A stretch of DNA of 64,000 bases from NCBI GenBank assembly GCA_043228905.1, contig JBHGNT010000003.1:16368001-16432000 (forward strand), written 5' to 3'. The stretch is from Azolla caroliniana (taxonomy: Eukaryota; Plantae; Polypodiophyta). Shown one piece after another: positions 11,675 to 22,472 of this stretch. The position numbers and the translations under genes were made by a program. Each line of letters begins with the position of its first letter. Within the stretch, counting starts at the first letter, position 1. The notes beneath the pieces are model-generated. The model saw only the letters and a list, made by a program, of their open reading frames with translations, ran no database searches and was not told the DNA's origin.

Positions 11675-11770
11675 GAAGAAGAGTCGGACGACTCATTAAC
11701 ACCGGAGCCAACGGAAGAAATAACCTTGGAGTTCGGTGACCGGCAATCGCCGAGAGAGGCTGACAGGCCA

Positions 11771-11968
11771 CCGACATCACCCGCGGAGGAACCGAAGGAT
11801 CCGACACCGACACCACCTGCGGAGGAACCGAAGGATCGGATACCGACACCACCTGTGGAGGAACCGAAGGATCCGATACCGACACCACCCGCGGAGGAAT
11901 CGAAGGATCGGACACCGACACCACCTACGGAGGAACCGAAGGATCGGACACTGACACCAACCGCGGAG
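11771..11968 (+). repeat. 36-bp tandem repeat (~5.5 units, PTPPAEEPKDxx) in gypsy gag 5' region (also 34510-34707)
   Basis: CCGACACCACCYGCGGAGGAACCGAAGGAT plus 6 nt, repeated in frame. Confidence 0.92.
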
Positions 11969-14386
11969 AAAGAGCAGAGAGAGCAGGAGAGTCATTTGGA
12001 CGACACGATGCCGCTTTCGTACACAAAGTACCGGGATGATTCCGACGCGGAGGCGCATGTTTACGCATTCCTCCAAACATGGGAAGCTAACCATGTTTCT
12101 CAAAGATTGACGGAGGCCGAGGCCGAATGATCCAAAGTCGCCGAATTCGGCATGACATTAGAAGGACCGGCCGCCCGAAGGCATGCAAAGCATTTACCGG
12201 GCAACTTTGCCGCATTTGACGCCTTGAAGGCCAAATTCCTTCGGCTTTTCCACAGACAAGTCGAACAAAGGGAATTGGTCGGGCAATTCTATACCACCCG
12301 GCAGGAAGAGCACGAAACCGTGCCACAGTTTATAATCCGGTTCCAGAACCTTCACAACCAATTGACAAGAGCACCCCCTGAGGACGAAGCCAAAGCAGTA
12401 TTTTTGGCTCTGTTAAGAGAGCCACTACGAACAATGTGCGGATTCCTTGACTTCCGTACGAGCACAGTGGACCAGGTCATTGATCGGGTCCTTGAAATGG
12501 ACAAAAATAGCTCATTCATGTCATTGGGGATGTTACACCGGGCACTTCCGAAGGAAGAAGATTTGAGGTTCCGGCAGGCCCTGCAGTGCACGACGTGCCT
12601 CACTTTGGGCCACTCAACGGTCGACTGCACTCTGTGCACACAGTGTATGATCTGTAACTCTCGGGCACATAGAACGGACTGCTGCGAGTACAACTTGCTT
12701 AATCAGCAGGCTGCACCGGTCCAACACATAGAACCGTGCAATAATCAGGACCCGGAAGAAGATCGATTCCGGAGAAATGACCGCGACCAACGTGAACGCG
12801 GCGACAGATATACTGATCGACGACACGATAACTATGACCGCAACGACAAATGTAGAGATGACTATCACAGGGACCGGTATGAGCGGGACGACTCCCCGGA
12901 CTATGACCGACGCAGAGACGATAAACGCCAGGGGAACCGAAACTTCCGACGGAATCAAAAGCGAGGATTTTTCCGAAGAGAAGAACGCCGGGAAGCAGCA
13001 AGGAATGGCAACCCGACATCGGCATCGGATAACTGGAAAGACGAAGACAACCGCCGGGTTATACCCACCTCCCAAACCGGAGACAAAGCAGAATCAAGTA
13101 ACAATCACAAAGTGTATTGTTATTACTGCCGGAAAGAGGGGCATTACAGTAATCAATGCCCAAGCAAGACAAATGAAAAACAGCCGGAAGTCAATATGGT
13201 TACTGCCGAAGTAACTGATGTGCAGCAAGTCATGACCCGGTCAAAAGGGAAGGCTGCTGAATGGGAAGCCCAGGAGGCAATTAGGAAGCAAGCGGCGCAA
13301 TGGATCAAGAAGGCCAATGAACAAAATGTGGCGGAGATAAGAGACTAGAACACGCCAAGGGACGAAGAAATCACACAACCAGTAGAAAACCCGACGTGGC
13401 AAGCACTCCAGGACTGTCAGATCGTGCTGCCATTGGCACGACTACTTCAGTTGGTACCTCGGTTCACAGCAAATCTACAGGCAGCCGTCATCAAACCGAA
13501 GCCGACACCAGCATCGGCATTTTTCTCCAATCCGGAAGAAGGACCGACTGTGGTCGATACAAGTAGCCCGACAATCACAGCAATTGTGAAAGGGAAGGAA
13601 ATCGCCGGAACGATCATTGACGGGGGATCCGGAGTAAACGTCATCAGCCGGAAAACATGCGATAACCTGGGCATCCGGGAATGGGAACCATGTCCTTTTC
13701 TGTTACGCATGGCAGATACCAGCTCAGTCCGACCGACCGGGCTTATCCGGGACCTGGAGGTCGCTATCGGAGGCCACGTATTTCGCATATCGACCGTCGT
13801 GCTTCAGCTGAACGTACAAGGAGCATATCCTCTGCTGTTGGGACGGCCATGGCTATGAACGGCCCATTTTAAGTAGAACTGGCAAAAGAACGTTATCACA
13901 TTCCGGCGTGGAAAAACAAAGGTACGCGTGGCTACGCAACCACGGGTAATCGCCCGCAAAGAAGCAACCCCATTATACGCGGAGAGTATCAACATGTTGG
14001 AGGGGTTACCAGATGACGAGGTCGATCGCTACCTAGAGGAACACTCACGAATCGTACCGCTGATTGAGGTAGACATCACGGTGGCGGTAGAACCATATAT
14101 CACGACACCGGAACCGGACGAACCGGATTAGGCAGCGATCCGGGAACTGCGTCAGGCACAAGAGTCATTCGAAAGAGAAATGACAATATCTCAGAGGGTG
14201 AAGGCATCCCAGCTGGAGGAGGTGGACCTCGATACAACAGACAAGCCCAGACCGATCAACGTGGCAAAAGAGTTGCCAAACGAGGAAAAGAAGGCAATGG
14301 TGGCGCTACTAACGGATTTCCGGGACGTATTCGCATGGTCGTATGAAGACCTGCGAGGGCTGGACACCCAGCTGTACCAACACCAG

Positions 14387-15719
14387 CTGCTTACGCACCC
14401 AATGTTGAGCTTGTATCTCAACCACCTCCTAGTGATCGCTCTGGCATGGACCCACATATATCTGTGTGCACGAGCTCTGGGGGCTGTCATACCATCTCGT
14501 AGTGGAGAGAGTGTGGACTTCGGTTTTGTTTCCCATATCTACAATGCTCACAGATGTCCTTCTTTGCTTGGAATTTCGGGATGTAGCCTACCGCCATCGC
14601 CCGATCAAGTCCCGATTGAGACATGTGACAGAGTCGGCTATGCCATAAGTTTGGGTCGGTCTTTTCAGCTACGTTCAAGGCCCCTTTCTGAATTGATCGC
14701 CATTAATGGGTACAAGTTGTTGTACTTGTGCCTGCCTCCTATCTTCAGGTTTCCTCGATTGATCATCCATACCGACTCACTTAGAGTCGTTTTGTACTTG
14801 TCTTTGGCTAGCATATCAATGGAGACCAGACTCCTTTTCAGATTAGGTACATGCCGAACTCGGTGCAGGGTTAGTGTGTTTCCATTTGGCAATCGGATGG
14901 GAACCTCTCCATTCCCTGCAATTCTACACTCTTGCCCATTACCTAGAAGAACTGTGACGATGGCGTCGTCTGAATAGTCCGAAAACCATTCAATTTTCGG
15001 GGTCACATAGAATGTGGCACCGGAATCCAGTAGCCATATGTGTGCATCTTGTGCACTGTAGAGGACTGCTCCGATCACTAAATCCTCTAAGGAGAGAATT
15101 TCTCCTTATCGGGAGTCGGCAACATTGATTTGGTTGCTGACTGGAGCGTGGTCCGAGTCGGGTCTTCCTTGATTCCGTTCGGATCACTAACCACTCTCTT
15201 TCCTCTTGATTGACCAGTAGTCGGAAACATTGTGGCCAACCTTTCTACAGTGTGTGCAGAATTCACCTGATCGGCCCGTTCTCGACTTCGATCGTTATTG
15301 GTCTTCCCTCGTTTTTGATCGTTTGGTATTTCGACTGTTTCTGTCGGTTTATTCTCTCGTACTACTTTGTCAGTCGAATGACTCAATCGAGTGATGGGCT
15401 TTTGTTGTCTGTTGTCGCAGAGTAGCAGATCGCTCTAATACTAGTTGAAGCGGAAGTGTATGCGGGAACGTATGAGGATCTGCCTTAGTTCGTACTTAGA
15501 AAACAATACAGAAAGAGAAGCAAAGATATACACAATTTGAAGCTTTAATGGAAGCTCTATTATGTTCTCTGTCTCTCTCTCAGAGACTGGATATCCGATA
15601 CATGATCAAGAAGATTGTTCTTTACAACGTTAGGTTATTGCTTATATACTAAGCCCTTACTATGTGGACGAGTTCACACTTGAATACAAAGTGGAGGGAG
15701 TCGGCCTTTTATGCCTACA
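14387..15719 (-). mobile_element. Ty1/copia fragment with 5' LTR (~15445-15719), degenerate iMet PBS (15432-15443), protease and GAG-pre-integrase; nested in the RNase H of another copia
   Basis: WLLDSGATFYVTP, LWHSRLCHMSQ..CEHCRYGKQ. The LTR starts TGTAGG directly after the host GSDMLT. Confidence 0.8.
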
Positions 15720-16600
15720 GTTAGCATATCCGACCCATTGTCCTCCGTGTGGATCTTCATCAGAGTGAAATCTTGGTCTTCTACCTTCTCCCGAAACCAG
15801 TGATATCTCCTCTGGATGTGCTTGGTCCAAGAATAGTAGGCTGCGTTCTTTGGAATGTGGATGGCACTTTGACTGTCGTGGTAGAGCCAGAATTCCTCTT
15901 GCTTGATCCCTAACTCTCCGATGAAGTCCTTCATCCATATTACTTCCTTGCCGGCTTCTACAACCGCCATGTATTACACTTCCGTAGTTGACAATGCCAC
16001 TGATTTCTACAGTCTTGATTGCCATGATATCGCTCCCCCTACATATGTCATGATGTATCCGTACGTGGACTTGCTGGTATCTACATCAGGCGACATGTTC
16101 AAATTTGTAAAGCCTTCCAATAGTGGTTTACCAAATCTGAACCGGAGGAACATGTTGAAGGTGCCTTTTAGGTACCGAACGATCCACTTGACCACGGCCA
16201 TATGTTCACTTCCCGTATTGCTCATAAACCGGTTAACCACTCCGACTGCATATTCAATATCTGTCCGTGTACACATCATTGCATACATGAGGCTTCCGAC
16301 TGCGGATGCATACAATATCTTCATCATTTCCGACTTCTCCGCCTTTTTCTTTGGGCTCTGTTTTCCGAATAGCTTGCAATTTGCTAGAAGTGTCAACCCG
16401 ACCAGCTTGGCATCCGACATGCTGAACCTTTGAAGTACCTTTGTCACGTACTTCTCCTGTGACAGCCGACTCTTTCTTCGAACGGTCCCGAATTATATGC
16501 ATTCCTAGGATCCGCCTCGCAAGGCCCAGATCCTTCACTGATAAGGTTCGGTTCAAGGCCTTCTTTAGAATCCTGATTTTGATTCTGTCCAACTTCTTTG
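15720..16600 (-). mobile_element. Ty1/copia RT C-terminus / RNase H fragment
   Basis: KDLGLARRILGM, YASAVGSLMYAMMCTRTDI, GGAISWQSRL, HDSQSAIH..TKHI. Confidence 0.9.
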
Positions 16601-16699
16601 TACGAAGCGAGCTAGCCATCCCTCTATCCATTCTTATTTCTCTTCAGTTCTTGACAGATGTTTGTCTGTTTGTTGGCCACGGAGGATTTCAACCCTCGC

Positions 16700-17456
16700 G
16701 CTCTAATACCATGTAAAAGAATAGCGTGTGTGGAGGCGTAATAGACACAATCGTGTAACACAGATGACGAAGAGAAGGTTTAATGGAAAGCTTTGAACAC
16801 GATACAACGTATGCAGGAGAGACGGAGAATGATAGAGGGAGAGTGAGCAGAACACACAAAACTTAGATTCAAAAATAACTCTCAATTACTCTATACAAGA
16901 TGCGCTCAATCAGCGCTTTTTATACAAGTCCTTATGGACAAACAGAAGTACTATCAAAGTACTGACACATACTCCAATGCTCATTAGTGAGCCTCCTACA
17001 CTAACTCCCAAAATCATTCCTTATGAGGAATAACGCTCTAACGGCCTCTCGGCTTACGCATTGTTACGGCCTTTGTGCGTACGGTTTTACTTGGTGCAGG
17101 ACGAGAGGCCGTAGCGTTGCATAAACCGGGAGGCCCTTGGATAGATATTCCGCAAAGACTATATTTTGGAAGTTAGTGTAGAGGCTCATTGATGAGCATT
17201 GAAGTACGTGTCAGTACTTCTGTCAGTCCGTATGGACTTGTATAAAACTGCTCTCTAAGCACATCCTATGTATAGATTTTTAGAGTATTGTTTTGGTATA
17301 GAGTTTTCTGTGTTCTGCTCTCTCTGTCTCTCTCTGTCTCTCCCGCATACGATGTGTTGATCCAGCTTTCAATTAAACCTTTCTCATCTTCTTTGTCTTC
17401 TGTCTGTTGTTACCCGGTTGTGTCTTTTAAGCTTCCGCACATATTCTTTTCCAACA
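16700..17456. mobile_element. Two related LTRs head-to-head: minus-strand LTR with iMet PBS (16700-~17060) and plus-strand LTR (17062-17456)
   Basis: GCTCTAATACCA (PBS reverse complement) precedes TGTAAAAG. The second LTR runs TGTTACGG...TTCCAACA. Shared blocks (AATGCTCAT..GAGCCT..ACACTAACT) occur in opposite orientation. Confidence 0.7.
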
Positions 17457-18250
17457 CATAGTGATTGGCCTGGTTCTTGTGGTATTCCATATTGGTCATG
17501 AAGGAGTTGAACTTCTAGTACCATTGCCGGGGAGCTTGCTTCAATCCGTATAAGCTCTTCTTCAACCGGCAAACTAGGTTCTCCTTCCCTTTCTTAACGA
17601 ATTCCTCTGGTTGTTTCATGTAGATCTCTTCTTCGAGGTCACCGTGCAGGAACGTTGTCTTCACGTCTAGCTGCTTGACCTTGAGGTCCATGCTTGCCGC
17701 AATGCTCAACAGAGTCCGGATGGATGTCATCTTGACTACCGAGGCAAAGATCTCGTGGAAATCCGTTGCCTTTTTTTGTTGAAAACCCTTCACCACAATG
17801 TGGGCTTTGTACCTCGATGGATTCCCGTCGTTTCCCCGTTTCAGCTTCTACACCCACTTGTTCCAGAGCGCTCTCTTTCCTTTCGACAGCTCCATCGATT
17901 CGTATGTATGGTTCTCATGCATGGAATCCATTTCATCTTGCATGGCACTCAACCAATTGCGGTTTTGGGTGTCCCTCATTGCTTTTTTAAGGCTTTCTGG
18001 GTCCCACTCATAAGGTCCACAATATTCGCTCTTCTTCCAAATATGTCTGACCCTGGTTTTCCATCACCGGTTCCTCCGTCTATTCTTCATTCGAATCCGA
18101 TTCGGGGTCTTGACCAGTCCCGATGTCCGATTCTTCTTCTTCATTAGTCGGTTCGGTTTCTTGTCCGAATTCGCCCGGTTCTCCAAGTGTCATCCGGCTT
18201 CTAGCTAGATGGGTCCTTGCATCTTCCGATCGATCTGTGTCGGTCAACCT
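17457..18250 (-). mobile_element. Ty1/copia fragment (inter-domain region and RT N-terminus)
   Basis: VKGFQQK..QLDVKTTFLHGDLEEEIYM..LKKSLYGLKQAPRQWY. Confidence 0.9.
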
Positions 18251-18346
18251 GGATTGAGAGTGCACATTGTGATTGTGAGAAATTAAATCAAGGATTGAGT
18301 CTAGTTGAAGATGTATATGGAAATTATAGTTAGAATGTGATAAAAG

Positions 18347-19007
18347 CATAGATTGACACATGCGTGATATTCGTGATATTCTCCATGCGCAGTATTCTCC
18401 ATATTCGAGAATACAAAATGGCCCCAAGAATATTAAAAAACCATTCGTTTTGTAAAATAAATATAAAAAAATTATATATTTATTTAAATAAATGTATTTC
18501 ACCAAAACAAACAATTATTCATTAATAGATTATAGTGTCAAGAGAGTTTATGAAACTTATTTTAATTATTTAATTAATTGTTTAAAAACGAATATTTTTA
18601 AATTTATTATACAAATATAGTTACTAATTAATATGAACTTTGAAGATATGATTAGTTTGAAGTACTATTTTTAATTTTAAGATAAAAATATCCATAAATT
18701 TTTAGGAAATAAAAAGTGAGAAATTAATGAGCCTTTATTTTATTTTATTTATTTATTAAAAATAAAACGAATACTTATAAGTTATACATTTATTATAAAA
18801 ATTTAGAGTTGTCAAGTCCCCAAAGTCCCTCTTTTATTATCCCTATTTATTGTTAAGTTCCTTTCTTTTTATCCTAGGAATTTTTTTAATTTTTTAATTC
18901 TTTTTTTTGGGGAGGGGGGTTTAAACGAATACTTGACTGCCCATTCGTATTCGTATTCGTTTGCATTCAAATGGGAAACCCGACGAATGCGAATATGTCA
19001 ATCTATG
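18347..19007. mobile_element. Non-autonomous hAT-type DNA transposon / MITE, 661 bp
   Basis: 12-bp TIR CATAGATTGACA / TGTCAATCTATG; 8-bp TSD GATAAAAG (18339-18346 and 19008-19015); AT-rich non-coding interior; empty site in the other arm at ~55437-55444. Confidence 0.9.
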
Positions 19008-20025
19008 GATAAAAGTCAAAGCATTGTATTAAAGAATGATCCTTGACTCCCAAACTTGTTTAGGGCAAATTGAACATTGTGAGTTTGAGAGAAATTCATT
19101 CTAGGAAGTGGTTTTGGTTGAAGATGAGTGGAGAACACAGTGGAATGTGATCAAAGGTAAAGCATTATATGGTAGTGTGATACTCTTGAACTTGTTTAGG
19201 GCAAAGTCGACTACTCTCATCACATGTGCCCCAAAGCTCCCATCTTATGTCGTAGTAACTGTGAACTTACTTACTCACATGGAAGCAATGATTTAGATGG
19301 TAGACAATGGGATGGGCTCTAATATGTGTTGATGTGTGCAATTTTCCAATTCGATGAAGAATGTGTTTTATAGTTACGTGCAACATATGCAGTATAATGT
19401 CTGAAACGTTGTTGTGAAGTGTACATCACTTGTGCCGAATAAGCACCGTGCCTCTATCTGCAAGTGGCAATGGAAGAGGCAAAAGATACTTCGTAATGGT
19501 TGTTTTTGCCGAGTTAAGTCTCGAACTTGTGAACTTTAAGATAGATTAAAATCTCATAGTACCTAATACAAAAGTATAGTATTTATTATACTTCGAGGGT
19601 GTTTATCATACTCGAAGATTGAGACATTCTCGAATGCAAATGCAAATGCACGTATGGTACCTAAGGTTCATACTATGGATTAAATAATTTCCTGCATGTA
19701 TTCCACAATCCTTTCCATGGCCATGATTTCCAAGAAGGGATCTTGTGAAGTGATCTTGTCTCAAGATGAGGAAGTTCCATAGCCAAAAAGCTAAAACATG
19801 GGCCTCTTTTGCTCAAACCTATAGGCTACATATATGTTTAGAAGTGATAGTAAATATAGTTAATGGACTTGGGAATAATTTGAATGTAACCTAAAAAGGG
19901 TAAAATCCTATATCATTTAGTGGCCATTAATGAGCTAGATTGCATGATCAAACATTATGTCATGCTCAACAATACTCTAAAGAATTCGTACAATTAACTG
20001 GAAGCAAAGCCCTTCTATAGTACAA

Positions 20026-21346
20026 TTAATTAATACACGAGCGATCGGGTGAGCGCGCACACATTGAGAGACACCCAAATACAATTATGATAGCACAGAG
20101 TAGCAGAAAGAGGAGGGAACCTAGTACAATTAGCTTAGCATTGTTGTCTCCATCATCCACATGGATCCGACTGGCGTCAAACTTCTGCGTATCAGAACGG
20201 TGGATGGCATACCACTGCCTCAAATTGTGAGGCATCAAAGGGATGTCATACCACTGCCTCAAATTGCGAGCCTCTTTGATGCCGCGCTTATGTATTACGA
20301 GCTTCGCGCACGGGATGAGATGGTGCGGCTTTGAATCTACACCAGCCATCGACAGAATGCTCTGGCGTATGGAATGTGGTATGCTCATGATTCTACACAA
20401 CCGGGCAGCGTCAAAGTAAGTGATGTAGGCGGAGCATATGGGATCTTGCTCGTGGACGTACAGGATCGGCTGCCATGCGCTCAGCAACTGAAACCGTCTC
20501 CTCTCTTCTTCCACTACCTCTGCCTTTTGAGTGATGGCGGTCAATGCCCGAGAGGCGATCTCGTGTAAGAGCTCCACTGTACCGGCAGCCCAGTCCGGAA
20601 GGCCTAGCGCAGGTATCCATCCTAACAGCCTACCGTTTCGTAGGGTAAGGTTTGGTGGATTGAAGAGATGCGCTTCTATTAGCTTTCTATTCTCTGCCAT
20701 GGCACGCCCTACCAGCAATCCTATGGCCGCCCCTTTCGAGTGACCCGTCACACAAACCCTCTCCCACCCCACCTCTTCTACCGCTCTCTCAACCACATGA
20801 AGCCCCTCCCTGAACCGTGGGTGCAATTCTAACATTCCCAAATATGTCATAAGATTCACCCCCCAATCTATCGTTCGCATCATTGTGCCGCGGAATGCGA
20901 CCACGATGGCCACCGTGCCGGTTGGAGCATGGCGTAGCTTCCTACTGTAAACCGCCCCAAAAATAGTAGGATTACCGTTCTCAGAATTGTCTACAAGCAT
21001 CTCCTCCAGTTCGTAACCGAAATGTGTCCACCACATGGCGGTCTGGGTGTCCACATCAGATGGAAGTAGCTGCCCACCTCGGTGTTTTCGGTCATTCTCT
21101 AGCTCATACACGCCTGCGACCAAGCACGCCATCGCCACTTGTCGGTGACGATTTTCCCACTCCCTAATTATGAAATTATAATGAAACATTAATAACATGT
21201 ATGAAGGTAGTGAAAAATAATAATCACTATCCACTGATTATTGACCAAATAATGTATTCATCACCAACTGACCAAATTTCAGGATCCCTAATTTCGGTTG
21301 TTAGGATGCTCTTGAGCTTCGGAGAGTCTTCCCTACCGTTTCCCAT
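20026..21346 (-). CDS. Class-3 lipase, At4g10955/PRLIP-like, type B copy 1, with C-terminal hydrophobic helix; complement(join(20026..21163,21273..21346)), 403 aa
   Basis: Same motifs as type A (GHSKG, LFNPP, QDPICSAYI). Exon 1 MGNGREDS..DPEI with TG|GTCAGT donor. Tail LIVLGSLLFLLLCAIIIVFGCLSMC. Confidence 0.88.
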
Positions 21347-22472
21347 AACCCAGGTTTTGAGGAGGACCTGACCTGAAATATTTGGTTCCAGAAACAAGAG
21401 ATGAATAACTGCTCCTTACAAGAGAAGAACTAAGCGTTTATATGGAGGTCAGAGTTAGTAGAGTCATTGGATATAGTATGACAATGTCAAAGTGGCATTG
21501 AAGAGGAGGCTCAACATGGCCCTACCCAACCGATTGTGATGTCTTCTACTTGTCGTGGTAAGAATGGGATGGTATACGGCAGATATATAGAAAGTCAAGG
21601 AAAGCATTATGACCATGTCCAATTTAGCATTAAAAATGGATGCTCAAGTGGCCCAACCCAATTGACTCAACTTGGAGGGCAATTGATTATAATTTTTGAT
21701 GCCCCTTTTTGACCAACAAGATAACGACAAATGGTCGCGACTCGGAATATTATTAGTGTCCAATAGAAGATGAGGATTAAAGTAGGCTTCTCTCAAATTT
21801 ATGATATCCATGAATCATGATACAATGAGAGATAGAGAGAGAGACGTCAAAAATTCGATGGGAGCACTAACGCCCTAATTTTATTTATTGGACTAACTAG
21901 AAATTCTTTCCTCCGTGGAGTCTTCGTCTTGCCTATTGGCGATTCAACATGTCCCATTCACTCCAGCACTCAATTTTGGCACCATTACATTATTTTTCAC
22001 AAACATTTACTAATTAACTGTTTTTATTGAGAAAAGAGAGAGAACAAAGAGATGAAGAAAAAGAAGAAGAGAGCTTGCTTTTTTTCTGTAATCATAATTA
22101 GCCAAATGGTGTCATTATAGTACAAATAAATGAGACTATACCATAGCAAAATCTTGTGACAAGGCTATGATATAGACTTGAGGTGATCAAACAATCGAAT
22201 GTTCGATAGATAAGGGGAGAAAAAGGTACCACGATTCTATTAGGTCCCGACACCAAATCACTATATATTATATTATAGTGACAAAGCTTACAACAATCCC
22301 AATTTGGGACAAACCAAAAATGAAAAGTTTAGACAAGTTCGGGACTGAGTCGAGACAACTCCCAAAAAACAATTATGGGAAAGTGAGTACTACACGCTCT
22401 TAGAGCTAAAGTAGTGAATGAGACATTGAATATAAATGAAGGATAATCCTCTTTATATAGGCAGAAGATGAT

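Larger units (their letters stand above)
1..14386. repeat. Direct segmental duplication, copy 1 (begins upstream of window)
   Basis: ORFs and sequence recur at +22739 (e.g. 97..339 = 22836..23078; 4539..5579 = 27278..28318). Similarity stops after ...CCAACACCAG at 14386/37125. Confidence 0.97.
11271..14386 (+). mobile_element. Ty3/gypsy element copy 1, truncated just before the RT core
   Basis: Gag with CCHC-type knuckles (CTTCLTLGHSTVDC, CYYCRKEGHYSNQC), aspartic protease IIDGGSGVNVI..LLGRPWL, DVFAWSYEDL. Ends at a junction with an antisense copia fragment. Confidence 0.93.

Noticed and set aside
11672-11701. Hammerhead ribozyme (CTGAAGA + GAGTC/GACTC hairpin)
   Set aside because: The required GAAA core after the stem is absent (ATTAAC follows), and stems I/III were not found.
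11736-11954. Arg/His-rich protamine-like ORF and other overlapping or antisense ORFs
   Set aside because: Alternative frames of repeats or of GC-rich coding DNA with no independent support.
11771-11968. 36-bp repeats as a CRISPR array
   Set aside because: No unique spacers; in-frame coding repeat within a plant retrotransposon; no cas genes.
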